From Promethearchaeota archaeon (GTDB taxonomy: Archaea; Asgardarchaeota; Lokiarchaeia; Sigyniarchaeales; SOKP01), in contig JAGXNQ010000005.1 in assembly GCA_019894955.1 (NCBI GenBank), forward strand, positions 1 through 41,575: a stretch of DNA of 41,575 nt, written 5' to 3'. Under the pieces are notes generated by a model. It saw nothing but the letters and a program-made list of their open reading frames with translations. It did no database searches and was not told the DNA's origin. The first letter of the stretch is position 1. Each line of letters begins with the position of its first letter. The position numbers were made by a program, and so were the translations under genes. Positions 8,117 through 18,024 of this stretch are shown here, one piece after another.

Positions 8117-10186
8117 CTAAGAATTTAACTCTTCCATGAGATAATTTAATTCCTTTGTAGGATCAGTAAATTGAAATTCAGAAACTTTCAGCTCATAATT
8201 GTTCATATCATTAAAATCATTTAATGAAGCTCTTCCACGAACAATTAAGCTACGACCTTCCAAATCTTTTAAAACATCGCTTAAATCTTCCATATCCGCG
8301 ATTTCACTTGCTTTCTTGCCAACCAACTCTTCAGCTTGCTGACCAAAAAAACTGGTTTTTATTGTGCCACTTTCATCATCCAGGACGACTTTTAAGATCA
8401 TTCTTTTCTCTGATTCTTCTTTTTTTTCACATGTACAATTGGTATCCTTTTTAAAGCACGTCGGACAAGCATCATATATGAACAAATCTCTCTTAGATAA
8501 ATCAATTTCCTTTATAATGCTTCCTTTTATTTCAAAAAATCCAATAGAATCAATTGATTCGATTTTTGTTTCCAAAAATTGTGAAGACTTATTTGAACTT
8601 GGTGAGCTTGCTTTCTTTGTAAACTTGATATCTTCATTAATTTTCTCAATTTCAGAAAATTTATTAAAAGTTGCCTCCTTTCTGTCAAACCTCTCATTAT
8701 ACTTAATTCTGACATTTGAAACTAAAACTTTCATCTCATCTGTTAATTTTTCGGCTAATTCTTCCGCTATATCTCTCCATGCAGTCACTCGAATTGAACC
8801 TGTATTATCACTAACTTCAAAATCAAGTACAGACACATCTTCTCCTGATTTAAGAGTAACTTTTCTTATCTCTCCTACAGATGTAATTACACCTTTAAAA
8901 GAAGCGGAGTTTTCAAGGTTTTCGATCTCTTTTATATTTTTAGTAATTGTAGTTTTTAACTTTTCTTCTTTTGGACGTGCTGTAATTTGAATTTCTTCCT
9001 CGATTACATTAATCTCTGAAACTCGATTATAAATAGCTTCTTTTCTGTCAAACATTTCATTGTGTTTAAGATTAACATTTGACACCAACACCGTCATATC
9101 ATTTGTTAATTTTTCGGCTAATTCTTCCGCTTTATCTCTCCATGCAGTCACTCGAATTGAACCTGTATTATCACTAACTTCAAAATCAAGTACAGACACA
9201 TCCTCTCCTGATTTAAGAGTGACTTTTCTCATCTCTCTGACAGATGTTATAACTCCTTTGAAAGATACTAATTTTTCAAGTTCTTGAATAGATTTTATGT
9301 TTTTAGCTATTGCAGCTTTATATTGAACGCTTCCTTTGGTTTTTTTAATAATTGTGTTAGGGGATGCTGTTAGTTCAATTGTTTTCGGATTTAATTTACT
9401 TTCTCGTGGAGAAAGTTGAGTAATAGAAATATTATCTCCTTCTTTTATTCCTTGAATTTTATCAACATCTTCATTCCAAAAAACTATTCTGACAATACCA
9501 GTTGAATCCATTATTTCGATGTTTCCGACTTTTCCTGTGTTTCCATCACTCTTTACAAATTCTTTTACTGGAGTATAACGAAGCACTTGACCCTTAATTG
9601 AATAAGATTTAAAATTCGGAGTAATATCTCCAATTTTCGTAAAGGCTTGCGTTATTTTAGGAATTTTATTATAATCAATATCTTCCGGGGATAAGATAAT
9701 TTTTCCAAAACGCCCAACATGTATTTCTAAATCTTGATATCGACCTTCTTTAGTATACCCATTGATAATTTTTACAACCTCATTTATTACAAAGTTTTCA
9801 TGTGTTAAAATTTTAGTATCTTCATCCCATAAAACGACTCGAATCTCCCCTGATTCATCTTGGATTGAAAATGATCCAACAAATCCTTCACTTCCATCAT
9901 TTCTTGTAAAATTGAATATTTTATTAACATCTTTTATTCTTCCTGCTAAAACAATATTTTTCATCCCAAGGGAAATATCAGAGATCTTAACTTCAATGTT
10001 ACTAATAGCATCTGTATTCTCTTTTTTTACCTCTACTTTTAGCTCTTTTGCTATTAGAAGTAGTGCTCCATCATCAGTAATTAATCCTTTAAGTTCTGCT
10101 TTTTTTTCATCCACAAGATCTTGAATGTCTTTTCGAGATAATCCTGTTTCATCCATAATTTTATTAATATACGATTCTGCTGACAT
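8117..10186 (-). CDS. rpa1: Replication protein A large subunit (multiple OB folds, C-terminal Zn-finger OB)
   Basis: Repeated D(E/S/N)(S/T)G(E/I/S)xRxxxW OB motifs, N-terminal GLITDDGALLLIA, YDACPTCFKK Zn motif. Confidence 0.9.
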   Translation of the reverse strand: MSAESYINKIMDETGLSRKDIQDLVDEKKAELKGLITDDGALLLIAKELKVEVKKENTDAISNIEVKISDISLGMKNIVLAGRIKDVNKIFNFTRNDGSEGFVGSFSIQDESGEIRVVLWDEDTKILTHENFVINEVVKIINGYTKEGRYQDLEIHVGRFGKIILSPEDIDYNKIPKITQAFTKIGDITPNFKSYSIKGQVLRYTPVKEFVKSDGNTGKVGNIEIMDSTGIVRIVFWNEDVDKIQGIKEGDNISITQLSPRESKLNPKTIELTASPNTIIKKTKGSVQYKAAIAKNIKSIQELEKLVSFKGVITSVREMRKVTLKSGEDVSVLDFEVSDNTGSIRVTAWRDKAEELAEKLTNDMTVLVSNVNLKHNEMFDRKEAIYNRVSEINVIEEEIQITARPKEEKLKTTITKNIKEIENLENSASFKGVITSVGEIRKVTLKSGEDVSVLDFEVSDNTGSIRVTAWRDIAEELAEKLTDEMKVLVSNVRIKYNERFDRKEATFNKFSEIEKINEDIKFTKKASSPSSNKSSQFLETKIESIDSIGFFEIKGSIIKEIDLSKRDLFIYDACPTCFKKDTNCTCEKKEESEKRMILKVVLDDESGTIKTSFFGQQAEELVGKKASEIADMEDLSDVLKDLEGRSLIVRGRASLNDFNDMNNYELKVSEFQFTDPTKELNYLMEELNS
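8741..9220. repeat. Near-identical intragenic direct repeat (8741-8857 and 9104-9220; period 363 nt)
   Basis: 115/117 nt identical core within two duplicated OB domains of RPA. Confidence 0.95.
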
Positions 10187-10348
10187 ATCATCACGTTAAA
10201 TATTACTTTTATTAGGTTTATATGGATCTTTCTAAATTATATTCTTAAAAAAGTAATCTATTAATATCTAATTAATGAATATTTTTAAAAAACAAGAGTA
10301 TTTCATATCGGTAATTTATTAAAAAATAATATTAAATTTGTCGGTAAT

Positions 10349-11116
10349 ATGAGTAATTTTAAAATCATTCCCGTATTGGATATCCTCAATTCCATATGCG
10401 TTCATGCGATTAAGGGAGAGAGAAGTCAGTATGCTCCGTTAAAATCTTACATGTTTGGATCTAGTGATCCTCATGCAATTGTAGAAACTCTTCATGATAA
10501 ATATGAGTTTAATGAGTTGTATATCGCAGATTTAGATGCTATAATGAAAAATAAACCAAACTCTGATATAATTATAAATCTCATTCAAAATTATGATATA
10601 AGAATTATGCTAGATTCGGGAGTCTCAACTAAAGATGATATAAATGCAATATTCGAACTTGGAATCAAGGATATCATTATTGGTTTAGAAACTTTAGGGA
10701 ATTTAGAGGTTATTAAAAGCACATTAAGTGTATTGGGAAGTGAAAATATAATTGTAAGTATTGATATGTATTTAGAGAAAGTCATTACAAAAATTAAAGA
10801 ATTAAAATTCAAATCTATCCCTGATATTGTGAAAATCATAGGAGATTTAGGCGTTTCTAAAATTATTTTACTTGATTTATTTCGAGTTGGACAGAAGTTG
10901 GGAGGAATTTCGCCTCTTTATCTTAGATTGAGGAATAAATTTGACGGAGAAATATATGTAGGCGGAGGAATAAAGAATTTATCAGATATTCAAACTTTTA
11001 ATGATAATGAATTTTCCGGAGTATTAATAGGAACAGCACTTTATGATGGAACAATAAAAATTCAGAAATTAAGAAATTTAATCTATAAATATGACACCAG
11101 TACTAGAAACATTTAA
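10349..11116 (+). CDS. HisA/HisF-related TIM-barrel protein (family associated with methanofuran/C1 genes)
   Basis: IIPVLDI...VHAIKGER..Y.P, LYIADLDAI, IIIGLETL, ILLDLFRVG, YVGGGI motifs. Confidence 0.8.
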   Translation: MSNFKIIPVLDILNSICVHAIKGERSQYAPLKSYMFGSSDPHAIVETLHDKYEFNELYIADLDAIMKNKPNSDIIINLIQNYDIRIMLDSGVSTKDDINAIFELGIKDIIIGLETLGNLEVIKSTLSVLGSENIIVSIDMYLEKVITKIKELKFKSIPDIVKIIGDLGVSKIILLDLFRVGQKLGGISPLYLRLRNKFDGEIYVGGGIKNLSDIQTFNDNEFSGVLIGTALYDGTIKIQKLRNLIYKYDTSTRNI

Positions 11117-11608
11117 TGATTTTTTACACACGGGACAAGAGTGCTTCATTCTCACCCAATCGATCATGTGATCTTTATGAGCTTTAGTTTCACATAAAGG
11201 ACATCCAATTACTTCATCAAAAATTTCGATTTTTTTACTACATACAGCACATTTTGTTTTAGATGAGGTGGTAACCTTAATTAATTCTTTTTTAATATCT
11301 AAAACTACAGTTTCTGTGTTTTCTGCTGTTGGTGTTATCTGTTTCAATTCCGATTTATTATCAATGCAAAAGATAGTTCCAGCACCCTCATCTTTTGTAT
11401 TTCCTATCCATACTACTTTTCCCTTGAATTCTCCGGCGCCTTCGCTTTCTATAGATAGATTTAATCTGCGATCCTCCAAGACAAAAGTTTGTATTACTTT
11501 AGTATATTTTAACCCTTCAAGATTTGCAGATAACTGTTTAATAACTTCAATCGGTTCTTTAAATACTTGGCTAGTTATATCCAATTTAGTAATTTCTTTG
11601 GGTGACAA
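11078..11608 (-). CDS. Hypothetical protein with C-terminal RING-like zinc finger
   Basis: CAVC-x12-CPLC-x4-H-x2-H-x3-W-x6-CPVC. Confidence 0.75.
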   Translation of the reverse strand: MSPKEITKLDITSQVFKEPIEVIKQLSANLEGLKYTKVIQTFVLEDRRLNLSIESEGAGEFKGKVVWIGNTKDEGAGTIFCIDNKSELKQITPTAENTETVVLDIKKELIKVTTSSKTKCAVCSKKIEIFDEVIGCPLCETKAHKDHMIDWVRMKHSCPVCKKSLNVSSTGVIFID

Positions 11609-11907
11609 AATTAAATCATCATGTTTTTTTGATATTTAATAATAATTATTTAATTTAAACTTTTATATCACAATTAAAAATACGAGTAAGGTCATATATC
11701 AGTATTATTGAAAAGTTCTTGGAGAAAGGAAATTAAACAAAAATATTTAATGTTTTTTTTATATCCCTAAAAGTATATGCCTCTCTTTTAGAATTTAAAT
11801 TTATGACTGTTTTTAAAAAAGAAATTAATGTTTTATTGAAAATAAAAAATTAATTAAGCTATTCATAATATGAGTTTTTTAGAAAGTCACATAAAATATG
11901 AATTGTA

Positions 11908-12636
11908 ATGGCACACAAAATAAAATTATTAGTAAGTCCTAAAAATATCGAAGAAGCAAGAATCACCATCAACTCTGGAGTTGATTATGTGGATTGCAAA
12001 AATCCTGATGAAGGTTCATTAGGTGCTAATTTTCCATGGATTATTAATCAAATGAAAGAATTGATTCCAGAAAGTAGTTCACAGAAACTCAGTGCTACCA
12101 TAGGAGACTTTCCTTATTTGCCCGGGTCCGCATCCTTAGCTGCATTAGGTGCAGCAGTTTCTGGGGCAGACATTATTAAAGTTGGATTAAAAGGACCTAA
12201 AAATGTGGAAGAAGGAGTGGATCTAATGGAAAAAGTAGTAAAAGCAGTGAAAAATTTTAATACAGAGATTAAAATAGTAGTAGCAGGTTACGCTGATTAT
12301 AAGAGAATAAAAACATCTCCTGATTTTTTATCTATCCCCATAATTGCTGCTGAGTCGGGATCTGACATAGCAATGCTAGATACATTTATAAAAGATGGAA
12401 AAGGAATATTTGATTTTTTAAGTGTTGAACAATTGAAGGATTTCAAAAAAATTTCAAAACAATTGAATCTTGAAGTAGCTTTAGCTGGTAATTTAATGAA
12501 AGAATCAATTTCAAAAATCAAAAAAATCTCACCAGATATTATTGGAGTAAGAAGCATTGTATGTGATAACTTCGATAGACAAAAAGGCAAAATTAGAGGC
12601 CATTTGATTGAAGATTTAAAAAAAGAATTATACTAA
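11908..12636 (+). CDS. mfnB: (5-formylfuran-3-yl)methyl phosphate synthase (methanofuran biosynthesis, DUF556)
   Basis: LLVSP, DCKNPDEGSLGANFPW, SATIGD, IKVGL, MLDTFIKDG, ALAG and DIIGVR motifs. Confidence 0.95.
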   Translation: MAHKIKLLVSPKNIEEARITINSGVDYVDCKNPDEGSLGANFPWIINQMKELIPESSSQKLSATIGDFPYLPGSASLAALGAAVSGADIIKVGLKGPKNVEEGVDLMEKVVKAVKNFNTEIKIVVAGYADYKRIKTSPDFLSIPIIAAESGSDIAMLDTFIKDGKGIFDFLSVEQLKDFKKISKQLNLEVALAGNLMKESISKIKKISPDIIGVRSIVCDNFDRQKGKIRGHLIEDLKKELY

Positions 12637-12656
12637 GTAGGATATCTGGAAATATA

Positions 12657-13154
12657 ATGAAAGATTTAGAAATTTCTATTGGTCTTTCAGCAAATTTGTC
12701 TCTAATTGATTTACGTCTGTGTGCAAAAGAATTTATTGACTTTATAGATGGGTTTTCAGATAACAACAATACTGAAAATTACATTATCCTTACAGCTTTG
12801 CAAGATGAGTTATTAGTTGGTATGATCATTGCTGATAAGAAAAGTAATAATGATGATCCGATTATAAATTTTCTTCCCACCACCTCTTTAAAACTATTGT
12901 TCGTAGCTCCTAAATTTAGAAATAAAAAAATCGGTTATTTATTATTAAATAAATTTATAAAATTACAAAAGGAAGAAGGAATCGCTAAAATTCAAATAAA
13001 ATTACCTCAACATTATATAAAAGGTATTAAATTTTTCCAAAAATATAATTTTCATGAAAAAGAGAAGTTTCGAAACAATATCATATTAGAAAGAAATATT
13101 TGGATTGATTTTGGCATCAGAGATGCAGATATTATAGATAATAGTTTCTACTAA
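12657..13154 (+). CDS. GNAT family acetyltransferase
   Basis: LFVAPKFRNKKIGYLLL motif A and GIKFFQKYNF motif B. Confidence 0.85.
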   Translation: MKDLEISIGLSANLSLIDLRLCAKEFIDFIDGFSDNNNTENYIILTALQDELLVGMIIADKKSNNDDPIINFLPTTSLKLLFVAPKFRNKKIGYLLLNKFIKLQKEEGIAKIQIKLPQHYIKGIKFFQKYNFHEKEKFRNNIILERNIWIDFGIRDADIIDNSFY

Positions 13155-13215
13155 CTCCTTTGAAAAATATAAACAAATCATAAACTTATTTTGGTATTAG
13201 TTATAAAATTTTAAT

Positions 13216-14037
13216 ATGTTTGAGAAAGAATTAGGGATTATTGGTATTGGTAAAATTGGTTCAGCATTACTCAAGCGATTTGTTTTAACTAATACGGTTA
13301 AAAATGAATCAATAATTATATATGATATCGATGAAACGCGTTCAAAGGACGTTTCAGAAAAACTAAATGTTGAGATCGCTAAAGACAATTTAGAATTAGT
13401 CAAAAGATCCCGCTATATTTTAATAGCTGTCATTCCTCAAGTAATCAATAAAATTTTAAGCGAAATTAGTACGGAAATTTCAGAGGACCAAACAATAATA
13501 TCAATTGCCGCAGGAGTATCTTTTGAACATATTTTTAAAATTTTAAATAAACCAATCGGTTTAATAAGAATTATGACAAATACTCCTTGCATTATTGGAG
13601 CTGCAGCAACCGCTATAGCCTCTAATGAATATGTGAATGAGAGAGAATTAACTTTTGCTAAGAAATTATTTAAATCTGTAGGATTTGTTGTGGAACTAGA
13701 CGAAATACACTTAGATGCAGTGACTGGGTTGTCTGGTAGTGGACCAGCTTATATTTTTATAATAATTGAAGCTTTAGCAGATGGAGGAGTAAAAATGGGG
13801 TTACCTCGGGATATTTCACAAAAATTAGCAGCGCATACCGTTATGGGCTCAGCAAAGTTGTTATTAGAAACGGGGAAACATCCAGGAGAATTGAAAGATA
13901 TGGTTGCAACACCCGGTGGAACAACTATTACCGCTATTCATGAGCTTGAATCCGCAAAATTAAGAGCAACTCTAATTAGAGCTGTAGAGGCAGCAACTTT
14001 AAAATCTAAAACTCTAAATAATTCTAGAAAGCCTTGA
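13216..14037 (+). CDS. proC: Pyrroline-5-carboxylate reductase
   Basis: GIIGIGKIG, ISIAAG, RIMTNTP, TGLSGSGPAY and TPGGTT motifs. Confidence 0.96.
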   Translation: MFEKELGIIGIGKIGSALLKRFVLTNTVKNESIIIYDIDETRSKDVSEKLNVEIAKDNLELVKRSRYILIAVIPQVINKILSEISTEISEDQTIISIAAGVSFEHIFKILNKPIGLIRIMTNTPCIIGAAATAIASNEYVNERELTFAKKLFKSVGFVVELDEIHLDAVTGLSGSGPAYIFIIIEALADGGVKMGLPRDISQKLAAHTVMGSAKLLLETGKHPGELKDMVATPGGTTITAIHELESAKLRATLIRAVEAATLKSKTLNNSRKP

Positions 14038-14038
14038 T

Positions 14039-15016
14039 TTATGCAACTTTATTCATAAAATTAATAGTTTTATCCTCGTATATGCTCGATTTAGTAATTT
14101 TTATTTCTGGTATATAAGTATCAAATACATCTAACACTTTTGCTTCACTCCTCTTTTTGCATATTGCATATACCGATCTTCCCAATTGATTCATACTAGC
14201 ACCAATTATGTTTAGTTTGTTTAAATCTTCTATTAGTTCGCGTGTGTTAGTAAGTTGCAGAATATCGAGGATTAGGGTTTTTTGTACAAATTCGATGGAA
14301 GTATTCATAAAAGTATGAATACTTGGATTTTGGAGCAATTTAATTAATGCATCTCTACCAGCATACTTTATATTCATATTTAATCTTGGGTCATTTAGTA
14401 TTGATTTTGTATGAATCATTCCAAAGGAACCACAGATTACACTTAAACCCGATGGATGTTGGATCCGTTCTGAGATACAAGGATAACCTGGTTCTTTTAA
14501 AATGCACAAACCACCTCCTAATTGACCACAAATTGTTCCTAGACCTGTTTTATTTGAAACTTCGGCAATATGGGCTATCTTACCTTTCTCCCAATCTGAT
14601 ATCTTTAGTTTTAAAAGAGCAGCTATTCCATATGCAGTCCCTAGAGCTCCAGATCCGCTTGCACCATACCCACAACCTACGGGTAAATCAAAATTGTGCT
14701 CAATTTTCAAATGAGAGGTTTTTTTAAAATATTGTTTTAGATAATTGAAAATAAAGTGAGTTGTTTCGGCTTTTTCATTTAATTCTATCCCATTAATAAA
14801 GATTTGACATGTCGAATAAGAAGTATCTTTTGGATCTTGAGTAGTAATTTTAGTTATCCCGAAATTATTGATATTGAACCCCGCCCCCCTTGATCCAATC
14901 AATTGAGGATCTTGTATCTTAATTCCGTTTAATTGATCCACAATTTCAAAAAATCCAGAAATCCGGTGTGGTACCTTTACAATAACTTCTACATCTTTAT
15001 TTGACATGCAACTCAA
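14039..15016 (-). CDS. Pantoate kinase (GHMP family)
   Basis: VPHRISGFF, GSRGAG, PVGCGYGASG, AHIAEV..KTGLG and ASMNQLG motifs of archaeal PoK. Confidence 0.88.
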   Translation of the reverse strand: MSCMSNKDVEVIVKVPHRISGFFEIVDQLNGIKIQDPQLIGSRGAGFNINNFGITKITTQDPKDTSYSTCQIFINGIELNEKAETTHFIFNYLKQYFKKTSHLKIEHNFDLPVGCGYGASGSGALGTAYGIAALLKLKISDWEKGKIAHIAEVSNKTGLGTICGQLGGGLCILKEPGYPCISERIQHPSGLSVICGSFGMIHTKSILNDPRLNMNIKYAGRDALIKLLQNPSIHTFMNTSIEFVQKTLILDILQLTNTRELIEDLNKLNIIGASMNQLGRSVYAICKKRSEAKVLDVFDTYIPEIKITKSSIYEDKTINFMNKVA

Positions 15017-15070
15017 GAAACTTAATTTAGCTGATCAACTATATATTAATAAATAAAAGAAAAATCAAAT

Positions 15071-15784
15071 TTGATTATTATTAAAAATATTGTAATAAAA
15101 ATTGGGGGTTCACTATTATTTTCGGAAGATCTTGAAATCAATATTCAACAAATAATTAAGTTTTGTGACATAATTAAGGCTAATCAATATTATAATAAGG
15201 TTATCATAGTATGTGGGGGCGGTAAAATAGCAAGAAAATATATTTCTGCTATAAGATATGTTCATTCGAACGAAACATCTAATGATATTATGGGGATTAA
15301 AATATCTCGAATTAACGCCCGATTATTAATGGAAGTAATTGGAGAAAGTGCTTTCCCTATAGTTCCAAAACAATTTGAAGAATTAGCACAAGCTCTTTTA
15401 TTTGATAAAATAATAATTATGGGTGGTTTGCAACCAGGGCAATCAACGACTTCAGTTGCTTTAGAAGTTGCTGAATTTATCAATGCTGATCAGGTAGTAA
15501 TACTTACTAATGTTACTGGGATATATAATAAAGATCCAAATAAATTTGATGATGCTAAGTTAATTAAAAACTTAACCCTCGATGAGCTACAAAATTTGAT
15601 TATTAATAACAGTAATGAAAAACAAGCTGCTGCTGGAGAATATCGAATTTTTGATGCGGTCTCTCTGCAAATAATGAAAAGAAGTAAGATAAAGGTCTAT
15701 GTAGTATCTGGAACGAATTTAGATGATTTTATGAAAATCTTGGATGGAAACTCTGATTTTAATGGTACTTTAATTTCAAATTAA
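15071..15784 (+). CDS. pyrH: Uridylate kinase (archaeal)
   Basis: KIGGS, GGGKIARKYI, MGGLQPGQST and GIYNKDP motifs. Confidence 0.93.
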   Translation: MIIIKNIVIKIGGSLLFSEDLEINIQQIIKFCDIIKANQYYNKVIIVCGGGKIARKYISAIRYVHSNETSNDIMGIKISRINARLLMEVIGESAFPIVPKQFEELAQALLFDKIIIMGGLQPGQSTTSVALEVAEFINADQVVILTNVTGIYNKDPNKFDDAKLIKNLTLDELQNLIINNSNEKQAAAGEYRIFDAVSLQIMKRSKIKVYVVSGTNLDDFMKILDGNSDFNGTLISN

Positions 15785-15864
15785 TTTTCATTTCGAAAAA
15801 TTAATTTATTTATCCACATTTATTAAAAACTAAGATTATTCTAAGAATTAACTAGGAACTGAAA

Positions 15865-16092
15865 ATGTCTCAATCGTCATGGAAAGAACAGATAAAAAAA
15901 AAATGGGGACCTCATAGTCATTGTCCCGTATGTCGTAAAGCTATGCCTGCTGATAAACAATTTTGTAACCAAACTTGTAAGGATAATTATCTAGCAAAAG
16001 AAAAGAAAGGTAAGAAAAAAAATAGAATTCAAATGATTGTTATGTTTTCAATGCTAGGTGTTTTGATAATTTTTACGTTGTTTATGGGATGA
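15865..16092 (+). CDS. DUF2116 Zn-ribbon protein with C-terminal TM helix
   Basis: PHSHCPVC...FCNQTC, basic stretch, terminal hydrophobic helix. Confidence 0.8.
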   Translation: MSQSSWKEQIKKKWGPHSHCPVCRKAMPADKQFCNQTCKDNYLAKEKKGKKKNRIQMIVMFSMLGVLIIFTLFMG

Positions 16093-16104
16093 TAAAGTTA
16101 ACTT

Positions 16105-16226
16105 GCAGGGATAGCCAAGCGGTCAACGGCGGTGGACAAATAAAAGAATAAAATCTTGCCAGTCTTTTAACCACACTCAAGATCCATTGACATAGGTCTA
16201 CAGGGGTTCAAATCCCCTTCCCTGCA
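16105..16226 (+). tRNA. tRNA-Leu(CAA) with a 39-nt intron at 32/33 (16138-16176)
   Basis: Acceptor GCAGGGA/TCCCTGC; mature arm GTGGA-CTCAAGA-TCCAT; BHB helix GTGG/CCAC with bulges ACA and ACT; long variable arm. Confidence 0.93.
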
Positions 16227-16265
16227 TCTTATCAATAGGATTTTTCACGTAGTAAATTTATTTAA

Positions 16266-16622
16266 TTATTTGGGTAATATAGATATCATTTCATTAAGAC
16301 AACTCATAATAGGTTTAATGAAATTTTCTTCAACCATTTCAGTTTTAAGAAATGATAACAATAAAACTGGAGTGTTTAGTAAATTTGCCATACGTTCAAC
16401 TATCAATTTATTCGCAATTTTATTTTTAATTCCAAATAGTGTATAGGAAGATGACGAAGTTTTAACTCCTTCGATAAGAGAAGGGTTGCTTAAAGTAACA
16501 CTTCCAATACCCATTTCTTTTTGATCAGATAATAGTAATAGGTGACTCTTATGTAATCTAAAAAGAGAGAGATAAAAACACACGTCATTAATGAGTAAAT
16601 TTCTTTCTGATATCGGTTCCAT
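16266..16622 (-). CDS. Proteasome assembly chaperone PAC3/PAC4-like protein
   Basis: Size and pattern LLLLSD...GIGSVTLSNP...SSYTLFG...ERMANLLNTPVLL resemble the PSMG4/PAC4 family. Confidence 0.55.
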   Translation of the reverse strand: MEPISERNLLINDVCFYLSLFRLHKSHLLLLSDQKEMGIGSVTLSNPSLIEGVKTSSSSYTLFGIKNKIANKLIVERMANLLNTPVLLLSFLKTEMVEENFIKPIMSCLNEMISILPK

Positions 16623-16642
16623 TAATCATTAACTCCAAAATT

Positions 16643-17446
16643 TTATAGTCCTGATTCCTTTATTGCCTCATTCACATCATAATTTTTATGCACAATTAGA
16701 GATAGGGCTTTTACAACACTCGTGGGATTCTCCGCTTGAAAAACATTTCTCCCATATGCAACTCCTGCACCACCAACATCAATAGATTCTTTTGTAATTT
16801 CCAAAATACCCTTAATTCCCGTTTTTTCACCACCTGCTATAATTACTGGCACCATACAACCATCAACAACTTGTTTAAATGAATCTGGATCTCCCGGCCA
16901 ATTTGTTTTCACTAAATCCGCCCCTAATTCTGCTGCAACTCGAGCTACTATTTTCACTACTCCAACTTCATATTCATCTTTAATGTTTTGCCCCCGTGGA
17001 TACATCATTGCTATTAAAGGCATTCCATATTCTCGACATTCTCGAGAGACCCTTCCCAAAGTTTCTAACATTTCAGGATCAGATTTAGTTCCTATATTTA
17101 TGTGTAAAGAAACACCATCAGATCCAAATCTTACAGCCTCTAAAACCGTATTTATTAAAACCTTATAATTTGCATCAGGGCTTAAAGAAGTTGAACCGGA
17201 TAAATGAAGAATTAGTCCAATATCGGGTCCATATCCCCTGTGTGCATGGAGAGGGATTCCAACATGGCCTATAACAGCATTTGCCCCTCCTAAAGCAATT
17301 TTATTAACCATTTCTCCTATTTCACAATCTATCCCCTTAATTGGACCAACTGTTAATCCATGATCCATCGGAACAATTACAGTTTTATTCGTTTCTCTAT
17401 TAATAATTCTCTCCAACCGAATTTTCTTACCAATATATCCCGAAAT
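16643..17446 (-). CDS. Class I DhnA-type aldolase, probably 2-amino-3,7-dideoxy-D-threo-hept-6-ulosonate synthase (start extended to ATT at 17446 or 17449)
   Basis: VPMDHG, HRGYG.D.GLILHLS.ST, MMYPRG, AELGADLVKT and IAGG motifs; conserved GKKIRLERI lies upstream of the TTG at 17416. Confidence 0.85.
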   Translation of the reverse strand: MSGYIGKKIRLERIINRETNKTVIVPMDHGLTVGPIKGIDCEIGEMVNKIALGGANAVIGHVGIPLHAHRGYGPDIGLILHLSGSTSLSPDANYKVLINTVLEAVRFGSDGVSLHINIGTKSDPEMLETLGRVSRECREYGMPLIAMMYPRGQNIKDEYEVGVVKIVARVAAELGADLVKTNWPGDPDSFKQVVDGCMVPVIIAGGEKTGIKGILEITKESIDVGGAGVAYGRNVFQAENPTSVVKALSLIVHKNYDVNEAIKESGL

Positions 17447-17571
17447 AATATTTTCACCTTTTCAGTATTGAATTTAAATTGATAATCTAAATATATAGTA
17501 TTTATCACCTTTTTAAATCTTTTAAACTCAATATAGGATTAAAATTAATATAAATTGTTTTTGAATTGGGT

Positions 17572-18000
17572 TTAGTCTAAATCTAATATCACATCAGAAA
17601 TTCTTTGTCTTCTGATGTCAAAATCATGATCGAGGTGAAGTGTAATACAGTGAATATCTTTCCTTTTTGGGTTTTTATGAACGAAACTAATAGGAACCAC
17701 GGGTAATTCTGATTCTTTAATAATATTTTTTGTAATTGGGACTGGAATGACTTCCATACATCTTTCACATTTAACTAACACTACTTTTATGTTTTTTTGC
17801 TCTAACTTTTTAATTTTACTTAATAAATCCGTCGATAATCCTGGAGAGTCAAGAGAAATCCTATCTTTCTTCTTAGGAGCTTCTGGAACTGCCGGAATAT
17901 TTAAATCTATGTTCTCTTTTTCTCTCTTGTCCTTTAAATCTTCTTTTATTTTTTCGGATTTCACATTCTTTATATCATTCATGATAGAAGATAGAAACAA
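17572..18000 (-). CDS. Hypothetical protein with putative Zn-binding C-terminal domain
   Basis: CERC...FVH...HC motif; co-oriented with profilin, 24 nt downstream. Confidence 0.7.
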   Translation of the reverse strand: MFLSSIMNDIKNVKSEKIKEDLKDKREKENIDLNIPAVPEAPKKKDRISLDSPGLSTDLLSKIKKLEQKNIKVVLVKCERCMEVIPVPITKNIIKESELPVVPISFVHKNPKRKDIHCITLHLDHDFDIRRQRISDVILDLD

Positions 18001-18024
18001 TATTAGATATTTAAAATGAAAGAA

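Noticed and set aside
8364-8990. 208-aa plus-strand ORF and the many other antisense or nested ORFs in the track
   Set aside because: Shadows of well-supported genes with Ser/Phe/Ile-biased composition
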